Notes under the pieces: generated by a model
Database searches by the model: none
What the model was told of the DNA's origin: nothing
What the model saw: only the letters and a program-made list of their open reading frames with translations
Source: Methanobacteriota archaeon
Lineage (GTDB): Archaea; Thermoplasmatota; Thermoplasmata; RBG-16-68-12
Assembly (NCBI GenBank): GCA_005878665.1
Contig: VBLR01000114.1
Coordinates: 3,945-67,944 of the forward strand
Direction of reading: 5' to 3'
Length of the DNA stretch: 64,000 bases
Shown: piece after piece, positions 56,644-64,000 of the stretch
Layout: each line of letters begins with the position of its first letter
Position numbering within the stretch: position 1 is the first letter of the stretch
Program-made: the position numbers and the translations under genes

Positions 56644-57249
56644 TCAACCGGCTCCCGTCTCGGCTTCGACTCGGTGGACCGCCATGAGCAGTTCAGCCTC
56701 GCGTCGCAACCGGGACGCGGTGTCCGGCGTCTCGAGCAGCTCCTGGCGAATGTCGACCGCGCCCGGCAAGGCGGCGGCCACACGGAACGATAGGGTTCGC
56801 GGGTCCATCTCCTTCCACGTTTCGTCGACGCTCGCATGTCCGGCCATGTCCAGGGTTTCGACGATTCCCTCGAACAGCCGGCCAACGGCCTCCGCGAGGA
56901 TATCCACATCTTTGCCGGGCGATTCGTCCAGCCAGTCGACGTCGGCCCGGAGATACGCTCGGCCTCGGTCGAGCGACCGGATCGCAAAACGCCGTTGGCC
57001 TTGCACGACGATGTCGTACTCGCCGTGAGCGTTTCGCTGGCACGCGATGATCGCGGCCTCGGTGCCGATCCGCCGGGGGATCGCGTGACCGCCGACCTCG
57101 TCCCCATCGAGGATGAGGGCGATCCCGAAAGTCTCATCGTGCTCGAGGCATCGTCCAATCATTTCGCGGTAGCGCGGCTCGAACACATGCAACGGCAACG
57201 TGGTCTCGGGAAACAGGACTGTATGGAGAGGGAAGAGCGGGAGACGCAC
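56644..57249 (-). CDS. Stand-alone Lon protease N-terminal (substrate-binding, PUA-like) domain protein
   Basis: LPLFPLHTVLFP...LPLHVFEPRYREM, G..RF, RQELLE. Confidence 0.88.
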   Translation of the reverse strand: MRLPLFPLHTVLFPETTLPLHVFEPRYREMIGRCLEHDETFGIALILDGDEVGGHAIPRRIGTEAAIIACQRNAHGEYDIVVQGQRRFAIRSLDRGRAYLRADVDWLDESPGKDVDILAEAVGRLFEGIVETLDMAGHASVDETWKEMDPRTLSFRVAAALPGAVDIRQELLETPDTASRLRREAELLMAVHRVEAETGAG

Positions 57250-57285
57250 CGGCTGCGGCCATCCCGCGGGAGGCCATAAGGCTGC

Positions 57286-57444
57286 CTACTTCGGACGGAT
57301 GTCGAGGCCGACGACCCACGCCGTCCGGCATCCGGGACAGTTGACTTCGCGTCGCATCGCATCGCCCTCGTCGGCCATCTTGAACGTGAAGAAGAGCGGG
57401 TTGTTGCACCGCGGGCAATTGAAATTCAGGCCGCCGACTGTCAT
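57286..57444 (-). CDS. 52-aa zinc-finger microprotein
   Basis: Manual translation MTVGGLNFNCPRCNNPLFFTFKMADEGDAMRREVNCPGCRTAWVVGLDIRPK; GC-rich third codon positions; below the ORF-track length cutoff. Confidence 0.75.
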   Translation of the reverse strand: MTVGGLNFNCPRCNNPLFFTFKMADEGDAMRREVNCPGCRTAWVVGLDIRPK

Positions 57445-57530
57445 CCGACTGCCTCGAAGCCCCGAGTGGTCTTAAGGTTGCGCTCGCCTCCCGGCAAGTT
57501 TATGAAAGTCTCATCCTTCCTCGGTCGTTC

Positions 57531-58163
57531 ATGCGCGTCGAGAAGGTCATCTCCCCACCGCTCGACAACAACGCGTACCTCTTGGTCGACGAGACGAGCA
57601 AGCAATCCGTGGTCGTGGATCCCGCCCTGGCGGGGAAAGAGCTCCTGGCGAGAACGGAGACGCTCGGTGCGAAGGTCATGTACATCCTGAATACGCACGG
57701 GCATCCGGATTCGACCGCCGATGATGAATCGATTCGGTCCATCACGGCGGCGAAGATCGCGATTTTCGAGGTGGATGCGCCGCGGCTGGAAAAGAACGCC
57801 CGAGGGACGCGATGGTTCCTCCCTGCACCGCCGGCTCCAGTGAAACCAGATCTCCTCTTGAAAGAGGGCTCCGAACTGAAGCTAGGAAACCTCGTCATCA
57901 CGACCCTTCACACCCCGGGCCACACGGAGGGCAGCGCGTGTTTCTATGTCGAGTCGGAGGGCGCTCTCTTCACCGGCGATACCCTCTACGCGGGGTCCTG
58001 CGGCCGCACCGACGTCCAGGGAGGAAGTCCGGCCAAGATGGTCTTCACCCTTCGGCGGCTGAACGAGCTTCCAGTGGACACCCGCGTCTACCCAGGCCAC
58101 GGGCCGGAGACGACGATTGGCGACGAGACGTGGATCAGCGACCTCGCGTATCCGGTCGTCTGA
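57531..58163 (+). CDS. MBL-fold metallo-hydrolase (glyoxalase II-like)
   Basis: NTHGHPDS, HTPGHT.G, LFTGDTL, GRTD, YPGHG. Confidence 0.88.
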   Translation: MRVEKVISPPLDNNAYLLVDETSKQSVVVDPALAGKELLARTETLGAKVMYILNTHGHPDSTADDESIRSITAAKIAIFEVDAPRLEKNARGTRWFLPAPPAPVKPDLLLKEGSELKLGNLVITTLHTPGHTEGSACFYVESEGALFTGDTLYAGSCGRTDVQGGSPAKMVFTLRRLNELPVDTRVYPGHGPETTIGDETWISDLAYPVV

Positions 58164-59927
58164 TTAGCGGCGGATTCCGCTCGCGGCCCGCCAGCTGCGC
58201 GCGGTCGGCATGTGACGGACGAGTCGGACGCGGGCGACGCGTCGGGTGATGCCCAAGCCCAGGCGGCGGTAGACGACCTTCATGCTGAAGACCACGACGA
58301 GGAAGTACGCATAGAGGATGACGAGCGTCACGGGCCAATAGTACTGCCACAAGATCGCCACGAGGCCCACGATGGCGAGTGCCCCGACCACGATGCGCAG
58401 GACGAAAGTCTCGATCGTGGATCGGCTGAAGGGCCCGCCGTCCACGCCGTAGTTCGTGTGGCGCACGGGCTCGCGGAACGCATGGCGCGCGGAGGCCCAG
58501 ACCCCGAACACGAGGACCGGGGTGAGGAGGGACATCGCCAAGTGCGCCGCACCGGTTGTGACCGTCAGGTCGATGATCCATGCGGCGTAGAAGATGAGCG
58601 AGGCCTGGAACATCCGCTTGCGGCGGTAAATCGGCAGGAAGTTCGGCATGATGACCGTCTTCAAGGTCCGTTTCACGAGCTCCGCACCGAAGCGGAGCGA
58701 CTTCGGCAGTCGGTTCGCGAAGAACCCGGCGATCCGGTTCGATCGCCCCATCAAGAGAGGTGCAAGGGAGCTCATCACGATGCAGAGGATACCGGCGAAC
58801 GGAGTCAGGTAGGTCCCAGCGTAGTCATTCGAGAGCTGCGGGTTCGCGCGGATCGCCCGCGCTCCGACGGTCGCGTACAGGATCGCTTCCTCGTTGCGAG
58901 CCACGAGGCTCGTACCAATCGCCGTCGATGCGCGACCGGAGAAGCCGATGAAATAGGCGAGACTGGCGGTGAGGAAGAGGTCGTTCAGCAGAATCAACGG
59001 CACCGCGATTGCGAGCATCGGCAGGACCGAGCCCAATGCTGCCGGGTCAATCAACATCCCGAAGGTGAGGAAGAAGATCGCGACGAACGCATCCCGCAGG
59101 GATTCCATCTTGACCTTCATCCGGCCCGCGATGCGGGTGTCCGCGAAGACCATCCCCATGAAAAACGCACCCACGATGGCGGGGATGCGGAACGCCTCTG
59201 CGAGAGAGGCCGCTAAGAACACCGTTCCGAGGGCGAAGAGGACGAACAGCTCCTCGCTCTTGATTCGTTCAAAGATCGCGGCCGTCCGCGGAACCACGAC
59301 CGCCGCGAGCAGGGCGAAGAAACCAATGAACAGCCCCACCCCGCCGAAGAGGACCCCAATGTTCACCGGAGTGTCGGAGGGGACGATCATTCCATTCACG
59401 AGAGTGAGGAGGAACATGGCAAGGAACGACTCCAGGATCACCATCCCCAGGAGGAACTCCGTCTCCGCATTCCCGAGTCGCTTCAGGTCGATCAGGGACT
59501 TGGCGGTGATCGCCGAGCTCGACATGCTGATGACCCCGGCCATAAAGATCGTGTCGATCAAAGGCCATCCGAGCCACGCCCCGATGACGAACCCCGCGAA
59601 CATGTTGACGGCGAGGTTCGTCACCGCGAGGACGGCGGCGGCTTCCTTCGTCCGCATCAGCTTCGTGATACTGAACTCGAGTCCCACGAAGAACAGAAGC
59701 AGGACCAGTCCGAGTTGCGAGATGCTTTGCAGGAACACGCTGTCCGCCAGAATTCCATCGTACGACCAGCCGAAGAGATGAAGGTGGATATTCGGGCCGA
59801 TCAGCATGCCCGCGATGATGTACCCGATGATGATCGGCACGCGGGCGCGGGATGCGAAAGCGGCTCCGACGAAACCCACCGTGGCGATGACGCCCACGTC
59901 GAACATGATCGAGGTCGTCTCAACCAT
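58164..59927 (-). CDS. CPA2 cation:proton antiporter with extra C-terminal TM segments
   Basis: GYIIAG.LIGP, LLFFVGLEFS, SSSAI..K, GAF..G, LRD.F.AIFF..FG. Confidence 0.88.
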   Translation of the reverse strand: MVETTSIMFDVGVIATVGFVGAAFASRARVPIIIGYIIAGMLIGPNIHLHLFGWSYDGILADSVFLQSISQLGLVLLLFFVGLEFSITKLMRTKEAAAVLAVTNLAVNMFAGFVIGAWLGWPLIDTIFMAGVISMSSSAITAKSLIDLKRLGNAETEFLLGMVILESFLAMFLLTLVNGMIVPSDTPVNIGVLFGGVGLFIGFFALLAAVVVPRTAAIFERIKSEELFVLFALGTVFLAASLAEAFRIPAIVGAFFMGMVFADTRIAGRMKVKMESLRDAFVAIFFLTFGMLIDPAALGSVLPMLAIAVPLILLNDLFLTASLAYFIGFSGRASTAIGTSLVARNEEAILYATVGARAIRANPQLSNDYAGTYLTPFAGILCIVMSSLAPLLMGRSNRIAGFFANRLPKSLRFGAELVKRTLKTVIMPNFLPIYRRKRMFQASLIFYAAWIIDLTVTTGAAHLAMSLLTPVLVFGVWASARHAFREPVRHTNYGVDGGPFSRSTIETFVLRIVVGALAIVGLVAILWQYYWPVTLVILYAYFLVVVFSMKVVYRRLGLGITRRVARVRLVRHMPTARSWRAASGIRR

Positions 59928-60180
59928 GCACACACGCATCCCGGAGCGTAGGTCGACGGACTGCGGGCGCTGACGCTCTCCGCAGGAGAACCGAGTTTCC
60001 CATCCCGGGCGCGAATCGCGCTTTAGGATACAAAAAGCTGCTGCTGTCTATTGGGTAGCCCTTGACAAACCCGATTTCCCTTCTGTCGTTGCGCCGCGTT
60101 CACGCAACGGCCCGGCGTCCGCAGCATGCCTTAATACAAGCGCATCCTCTCTCATTCATCCAGTTGCGTACGAGGTCGCC

Positions 60181-60780
60181 ATGGCGAAGATGGACCACTG
60201 CCCGATCTGCAATGTTGCGGTGAAGCCCGAGAACCTCATTCGCCACCTAAACGACAACCATCCGCGGCATCCGGATCGGCCCGGGCTCCTGGAGAAGCTG
60301 AAGGAGGAACCCGGTCGGATTCGGAAGCGGCAGACCGGTCAGCCGTTTCGCGTTCGCCGATGGCAGATTGCCCTCGTCGCGGTGATTGTCTTGGGCGGTT
60401 TGAGTGTCGCCTACCTGCCACCGTTGCTCTCCGGTACACCCGCCTTCCCGTGCATCCGACAGGAGGGCGGGCTCTTGTATCATTGGCACACAGACCTTAG
60501 CATCTCATCGGCGGCGGGGTCCGTCTCGATTCCCGCGGGGATCGGAATTGGCGCGTTCTGCCTCGAGCCCCTCCATACGCACGACGCGACCGGTCGGATT
60601 CACATCGAGTCCGACACCGCACGCCTCTACTCGATCGGAGACTTCTTCCGGGTCTGGGGGAAGTCCTTCGGCAGCCCGACCGCGATGCACGTGAATGGGA
60701 CGGCCGAAACCCCGAGTCCGGACTTCATCCTGTACGATCTCCCCGAGACAATTCACCTTCAGTACGATTCGTTTTCGTGA
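60181..60780 (+). CDS. C2H2-finger / TM / His-rich extracellular domain protein
   Basis: CPIC...LIRHLNDNH; TM helix; HWH...CLEPLHTHD..G.IHIE. Confidence 0.75.
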   Translation: MAKMDHCPICNVAVKPENLIRHLNDNHPRHPDRPGLLEKLKEEPGRIRKRQTGQPFRVRRWQIALVAVIVLGGLSVAYLPPLLSGTPAFPCIRQEGGLLYHWHTDLSISSAAGSVSIPAGIGIGAFCLEPLHTHDATGRIHIESDTARLYSIGDFFRVWGKSFGSPTAMHVNGTAETPSPDFILYDLPETIHLQYDSFS

Positions 60781-60913
60781 AAGCCCCTGCGGGCCCGTGT
60801 CGTGTCGATGATATCGTGGCACACGTGTGCATCCCCGCTCGTTTCCGGCGGCGATTCCACTCCGACGGATGTCCGGGACGAGCTTTATTATGAATGCGCA
60901 TGTTGGATGCACG

Positions 60914-63706
60914 ATGGCGGACGACTGGCACGCCCTTCGGGCGGAGGCCGTCCTCCAGAGATTGGACTCGGCCCCGTTGGGGCTCACGAGCCGTGAGGCT
61001 TCTGAGCGGCTGTCCCGATTCGGGCCGAATGAGCTCGTTCAGACCGCGAGGGTGAGCCCTCTGCGGATCTTGCTGAGTCAGTTCGTGGACGTCCTCGTGA
61101 TTGTCCTGATCATCGCGGCGATCATCTCCGCGGCTCTGGGGGTGTTGCAAGGCCAGAATGAGGACCTGTATGACGCCGTGCTCATCATCGTCATCGTGAT
61201 CATGAACGCGATCCTCGGCTTCGTGCAGGAGTACCGGGCGGAACGGTCCCTCGAGGCACTCAAGAGCCTGGCCGCGCCGAAGGCCCATGTCCTCCGAGAA
61301 GGTGGGATCGTCGCCGTGCCGTCCCGCGAGTTGGTGCCCGGCGACGTCGCCGTCCTCTCGGCGGGCGACCGAGTCCCCGCGGACGCTCGGCTCCTCGAGG
61401 TCGCAAGCCTCCGCGTCAACGAGGCGTCGTTGACCGGCGAATCGCTCCCCGTCAGCAAAGCGGTCGAGCCGCTGCCCCGCGACTCGTTCCTGGGCGACCG
61501 CAAGAACATGGTGTTCATGGGGACCACGGTCGACGGAGGGCGCGGCAAGGCCGTCATCGTCGAGACCGGCATGGCGACCCAGCTCGGGAAGATTGCCGGA
61601 CTCGTCCAACAGGAGACGAAAGAGGAGACGCCGCTCCAGAGGCAGTTGGACCGCCTCGGAAGGCAGATCGGGGTCGCGGTCCTGCTTGCGGCGGGGGTCA
61701 TCTTCGCGATCGGCGTCATCCGGGACCCGGGCCACATCGAACTCCTGTTCCTGACGGCGGTCGGGCTGTCGGTCGCGGCGATCCCGGAGGGACTCCCCGC
61801 GATCGTGACGATCAGCCTCGCATTGGGCCTCCAGCGAATGATCCGGCGCGGGGCCTTGATTCGGAAACTTCCCGCGGTCGAGGCCCTGGGCGCCGCCTCC
61901 GTGATCTGCTCGGACAAGACCGGGACCCTCACGAAAGGGGAAATGAACGTCCGCGCGGTGATTGCGGCCACCCGGGAATATGAGGTCATCGGAGAGGGAT
62001 TCGATCCGTCGGGCGTCGTCCGGACCGACGGCAAAGGCGCGGATCTCGGGGCCCATCCTGGATTGCAGCGGCTCCTCGAATGTGGGGTCCTCTGCAACGA
62101 CGCGGTGCTCAAGAAAGAAGGTGCTCGCTGGGTCGTCGAGGGCGATCCGACCGAGGGGGCGCTCCTCGTTGCCGCGCGACGGGCGGGGATGGACCCGGAG
62201 GCCATTCGGGCGAAATGGCCGCGGTTCGCGGAGATCGCCTTCACATCCGAGCGGAAGAAGATGTCGAGCCTGCACGCGCCCCTGTCCGCCTCGCAGATTC
62301 GCGAGATCCTCGCGTTGCCCGAGGGGGAGAGGCTCCGACGCCTCGAGGGCGGAGCCGCGAACCTTCATGTGAAGGGCGCGCCGGAGCGGATTCTCGCGGC
62401 TTGTTCCCATCACATCGTGGATGGGGAACGGAAGCCCCTCTCCGAATACGATCGGAAGCAGTACCTGTTCAGGAACCAGGAGTTGGCCACACGAGCCTTG
62501 CGCGTGCTCGGTTTTGCGGTTCGCGAATTCCAGGGCGACCTGCCGCCGCTCAAGGAAGAAGTCCTCGAGACGGATCTCACCTTCCTCGGGCTGGCGGGGA
62601 TGATGGACGCGCCGCGGTCCGATGCGATCGAGGCGATCCGTCGATGCAAGAAGGCGGGCATCCGGGTCGTCATGATCACGGGGGACCACAAGCTCACCGC
62701 GATGGCCGTGGCGCGGGAGATGGGGATCCTCGGCGAAGGAGACCGGGCCCTCGCCGGAGAGGAACTCGAGAAAATGTCCGACGAGGAGCTCGTACGCGGG
62801 GTGGAGCGAATCCGCGTCTACGCCCGGGTCGCGCCGGAACACAAGATGCGGATCGTGGACGCCTGGAAGAAGGCCGGACACATCGTCGCGATGACCGGCG
62901 ACGGAGTGAACGACGCCCCCGCCCTCAAGCGGTCCGACCTCGGCGTGTCCATGGGAGTCACCGGGACGGATGTCGCCAAAGAGAGCGCGGACATGGTCCT
63001 GACGGACGACAACTTCGCGTCGATCGTGGCCGCGGTCGAGGAAGGCCGCGGCATCTACGAGAACATCCGGAAGTTCGTCGCCTTCCTGCTCTCCGCGAAC
63101 GCGGGGGAGGTCCTCATCATGTTCATCGCGACGCTCACGATTTTTGACCCGCGGTTCCTCCCGTTCTTCGCCCCGGTCCAGCTCCTCTGGATCAACCTCG
63201 TGACGGACGGCCTTCCCGCCCTCGCGCTCGGGGTGGACCCTTATCCGACGGACATCATGGATCGACCGCCGCGGAACCCGAAGGAGGGCGTGCTCTCTCG
63301 GGACATCCTCTTCCTCATCGTCATCGTCTCGGCAATCTTGACGGTCGGTACCCTCGGAGTCTTCTTCCTCGAACTTCTCGACGGAGCGGACGCCACTCGA
63401 GCTCGGACGGTCGCCTTCACGACGATCGTATTCTTCGAGCTCTTCCTCGTCTTCGCGATGCGATCTCCTCGTCAGACGATTTGGCAGATCGGCTTGTTCA
63501 CGAACACGAAGCTGATCCTCGCCGTGCTCGCGTCGATGGCCCTCCAGGTCGCGGTGATCTACACGCCGTTCCTGCATCAGGTGTTCGAAACGGAGCCGCT
63601 CACGCCTCTCGACTGGCTCGAGACGGTCCTGATCTCGTTCACCGCATTCGCCTTCGTCGAGGTGCTCAAGGTTCTTCGGCATCGGATGAGAGCCCAAGCG
63701 CCATGA
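60914..63706 (+). CDS. P-type cation-transporting ATPase (type II, Ca2+-like)
   Basis: TGES, IPEGLP, CSDKTGT, KGAPE, TGD, GDGVNDAP, QLLWINLVTDG. Confidence 0.95.
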   Translation: MADDWHALRAEAVLQRLDSAPLGLTSREASERLSRFGPNELVQTARVSPLRILLSQFVDVLVIVLIIAAIISAALGVLQGQNEDLYDAVLIIVIVIMNAILGFVQEYRAERSLEALKSLAAPKAHVLREGGIVAVPSRELVPGDVAVLSAGDRVPADARLLEVASLRVNEASLTGESLPVSKAVEPLPRDSFLGDRKNMVFMGTTVDGGRGKAVIVETGMATQLGKIAGLVQQETKEETPLQRQLDRLGRQIGVAVLLAAGVIFAIGVIRDPGHIELLFLTAVGLSVAAIPEGLPAIVTISLALGLQRMIRRGALIRKLPAVEALGAASVICSDKTGTLTKGEMNVRAVIAATREYEVIGEGFDPSGVVRTDGKGADLGAHPGLQRLLECGVLCNDAVLKKEGARWVVEGDPTEGALLVAARRAGMDPEAIRAKWPRFAEIAFTSERKKMSSLHAPLSASQIREILALPEGERLRRLEGGAANLHVKGAPERILAACSHHIVDGERKPLSEYDRKQYLFRNQELATRALRVLGFAVREFQGDLPPLKEEVLETDLTFLGLAGMMDAPRSDAIEAIRRCKKAGIRVVMITGDHKLTAMAVAREMGILGEGDRALAGEELEKMSDEELVRGVERIRVYARVAPEHKMRIVDAWKKAGHIVAMTGDGVNDAPALKRSDLGVSMGVTGTDVAKESADMVLTDDNFASIVAAVEEGRGIYENIRKFVAFLLSANAGEVLIMFIATLTIFDPRFLPFFAPVQLLWINLVTDGLPALALGVDPYPTDIMDRPPRNPKEGVLSRDILFLIVIVSAILTVGTLGVFFLELLDGADATRARTVAFTTIVFFELFLVFAMRSPRQTIWQIGLFTNTKLILAVLASMALQVAVIYTPFLHQVFETEPLTPLDWLETVLISFTAFAFVEVLKVLRHRMRAQAP

Positions 63707-64000
63707 TCGAGGTCGACGGGGGCCACGGCGAAGGAGGCGGCCAGCTCCTCCGAATGGCGGTCGCCCTGTCGGCGCTGACGGGAACGCCGGTGCGGGTCGT
63801 CCGGATTCGGGCGGGCCGGCCGACTCCGGGCCTCGCGGCGCAGCACGTGACTGCGATCCATGCGGTCGCGGAGTTGTGTGCGGCCGAGGCAACCGGCGTG
63901 GCGGTCGGAGCGTCGTCGATCGAGTTCCGACCGGGGAACCCCGCGTCGGGTCATTTTTCCTTCGATGTGGGGACGGCGGGAAGCATCGCTCTGGTCCTGC
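63703..64000 (+). CDS. rtcA: RNA 3'-terminal phosphate cyclase (partial)
   Basis: MIEVDGGHGEGGGQLLR...IRAGRPTPGLAAQH...DVGTAGSIALVL; ATGA-coupled to the ATPase. Confidence 0.92.
   Translation, partial: MIEVDGGHGEGGGQLLRMAVALSALTGTPVRVVRIRAGRPTPGLAAQHVTAIHAVAELCAAEATGVAVGASSIEFRPGNPASGHFSFDVGTAGSIALVL

Noticed and set aside
60725..63892. 1055-aa antisense ORF, and other long shadow ORFs such as 10596-12581, 20040-21575 and 24700-26205
   Set aside because: They lie opposite well-supported genes, have no motifs, and are expected from stop-codon scarcity in high-GC DNA

Overview
High-GC archaeal chromosomal window, mostly core genes. Fibrillarin, uS15, Cdc6/Orc1, deoxyhypusine synthase, archaeal ThrRS, PurP and a BHB-intron tRNA mark it as archaeal; Thermoplasmata is my inference. 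No mobile elements, CRISPR arrays or rRNA were seen. Main blocks: (1) a dispersed PolB2 / arCOG07300-like / inactivated-RadA mutasome-like set at 1-4.3 kb; (2) mre11-rad50 and nurA-herA separated by a structured ~380-nt spacer; (3) a ~17-kb aromatic amino-acid supercluster (alternative dehydroquinate route, aroDE-K-A-C, tyrA, asd, lysC, trpEGDCBA) that lacks trpF; (4) TPR proteins, fibrillarin, rps15, a DHH nuclease, cdc6, cdrS-like/ftsZ, thrS, folP, purP, tRNA-Gly(CCC), transporters and rtcA. Most notable: a repeated ACTTTC(A/G)C(C/T)(G/C)A(C/T)C element upstream of all three mutasome-like genes and of mre11, which is a candidate archaeal SOS-like DNA-damage box. Also notable: apparent near-cognate start codons (ACG, ATC, CTG), a Rad50 without a zinc hook, degenerate FtsZ and aldolase paralogs heading the aro and trp blocks, and an orphan triplicated proteolipid-like protein. 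All family calls come from motif recognition by eye, not from database searches.
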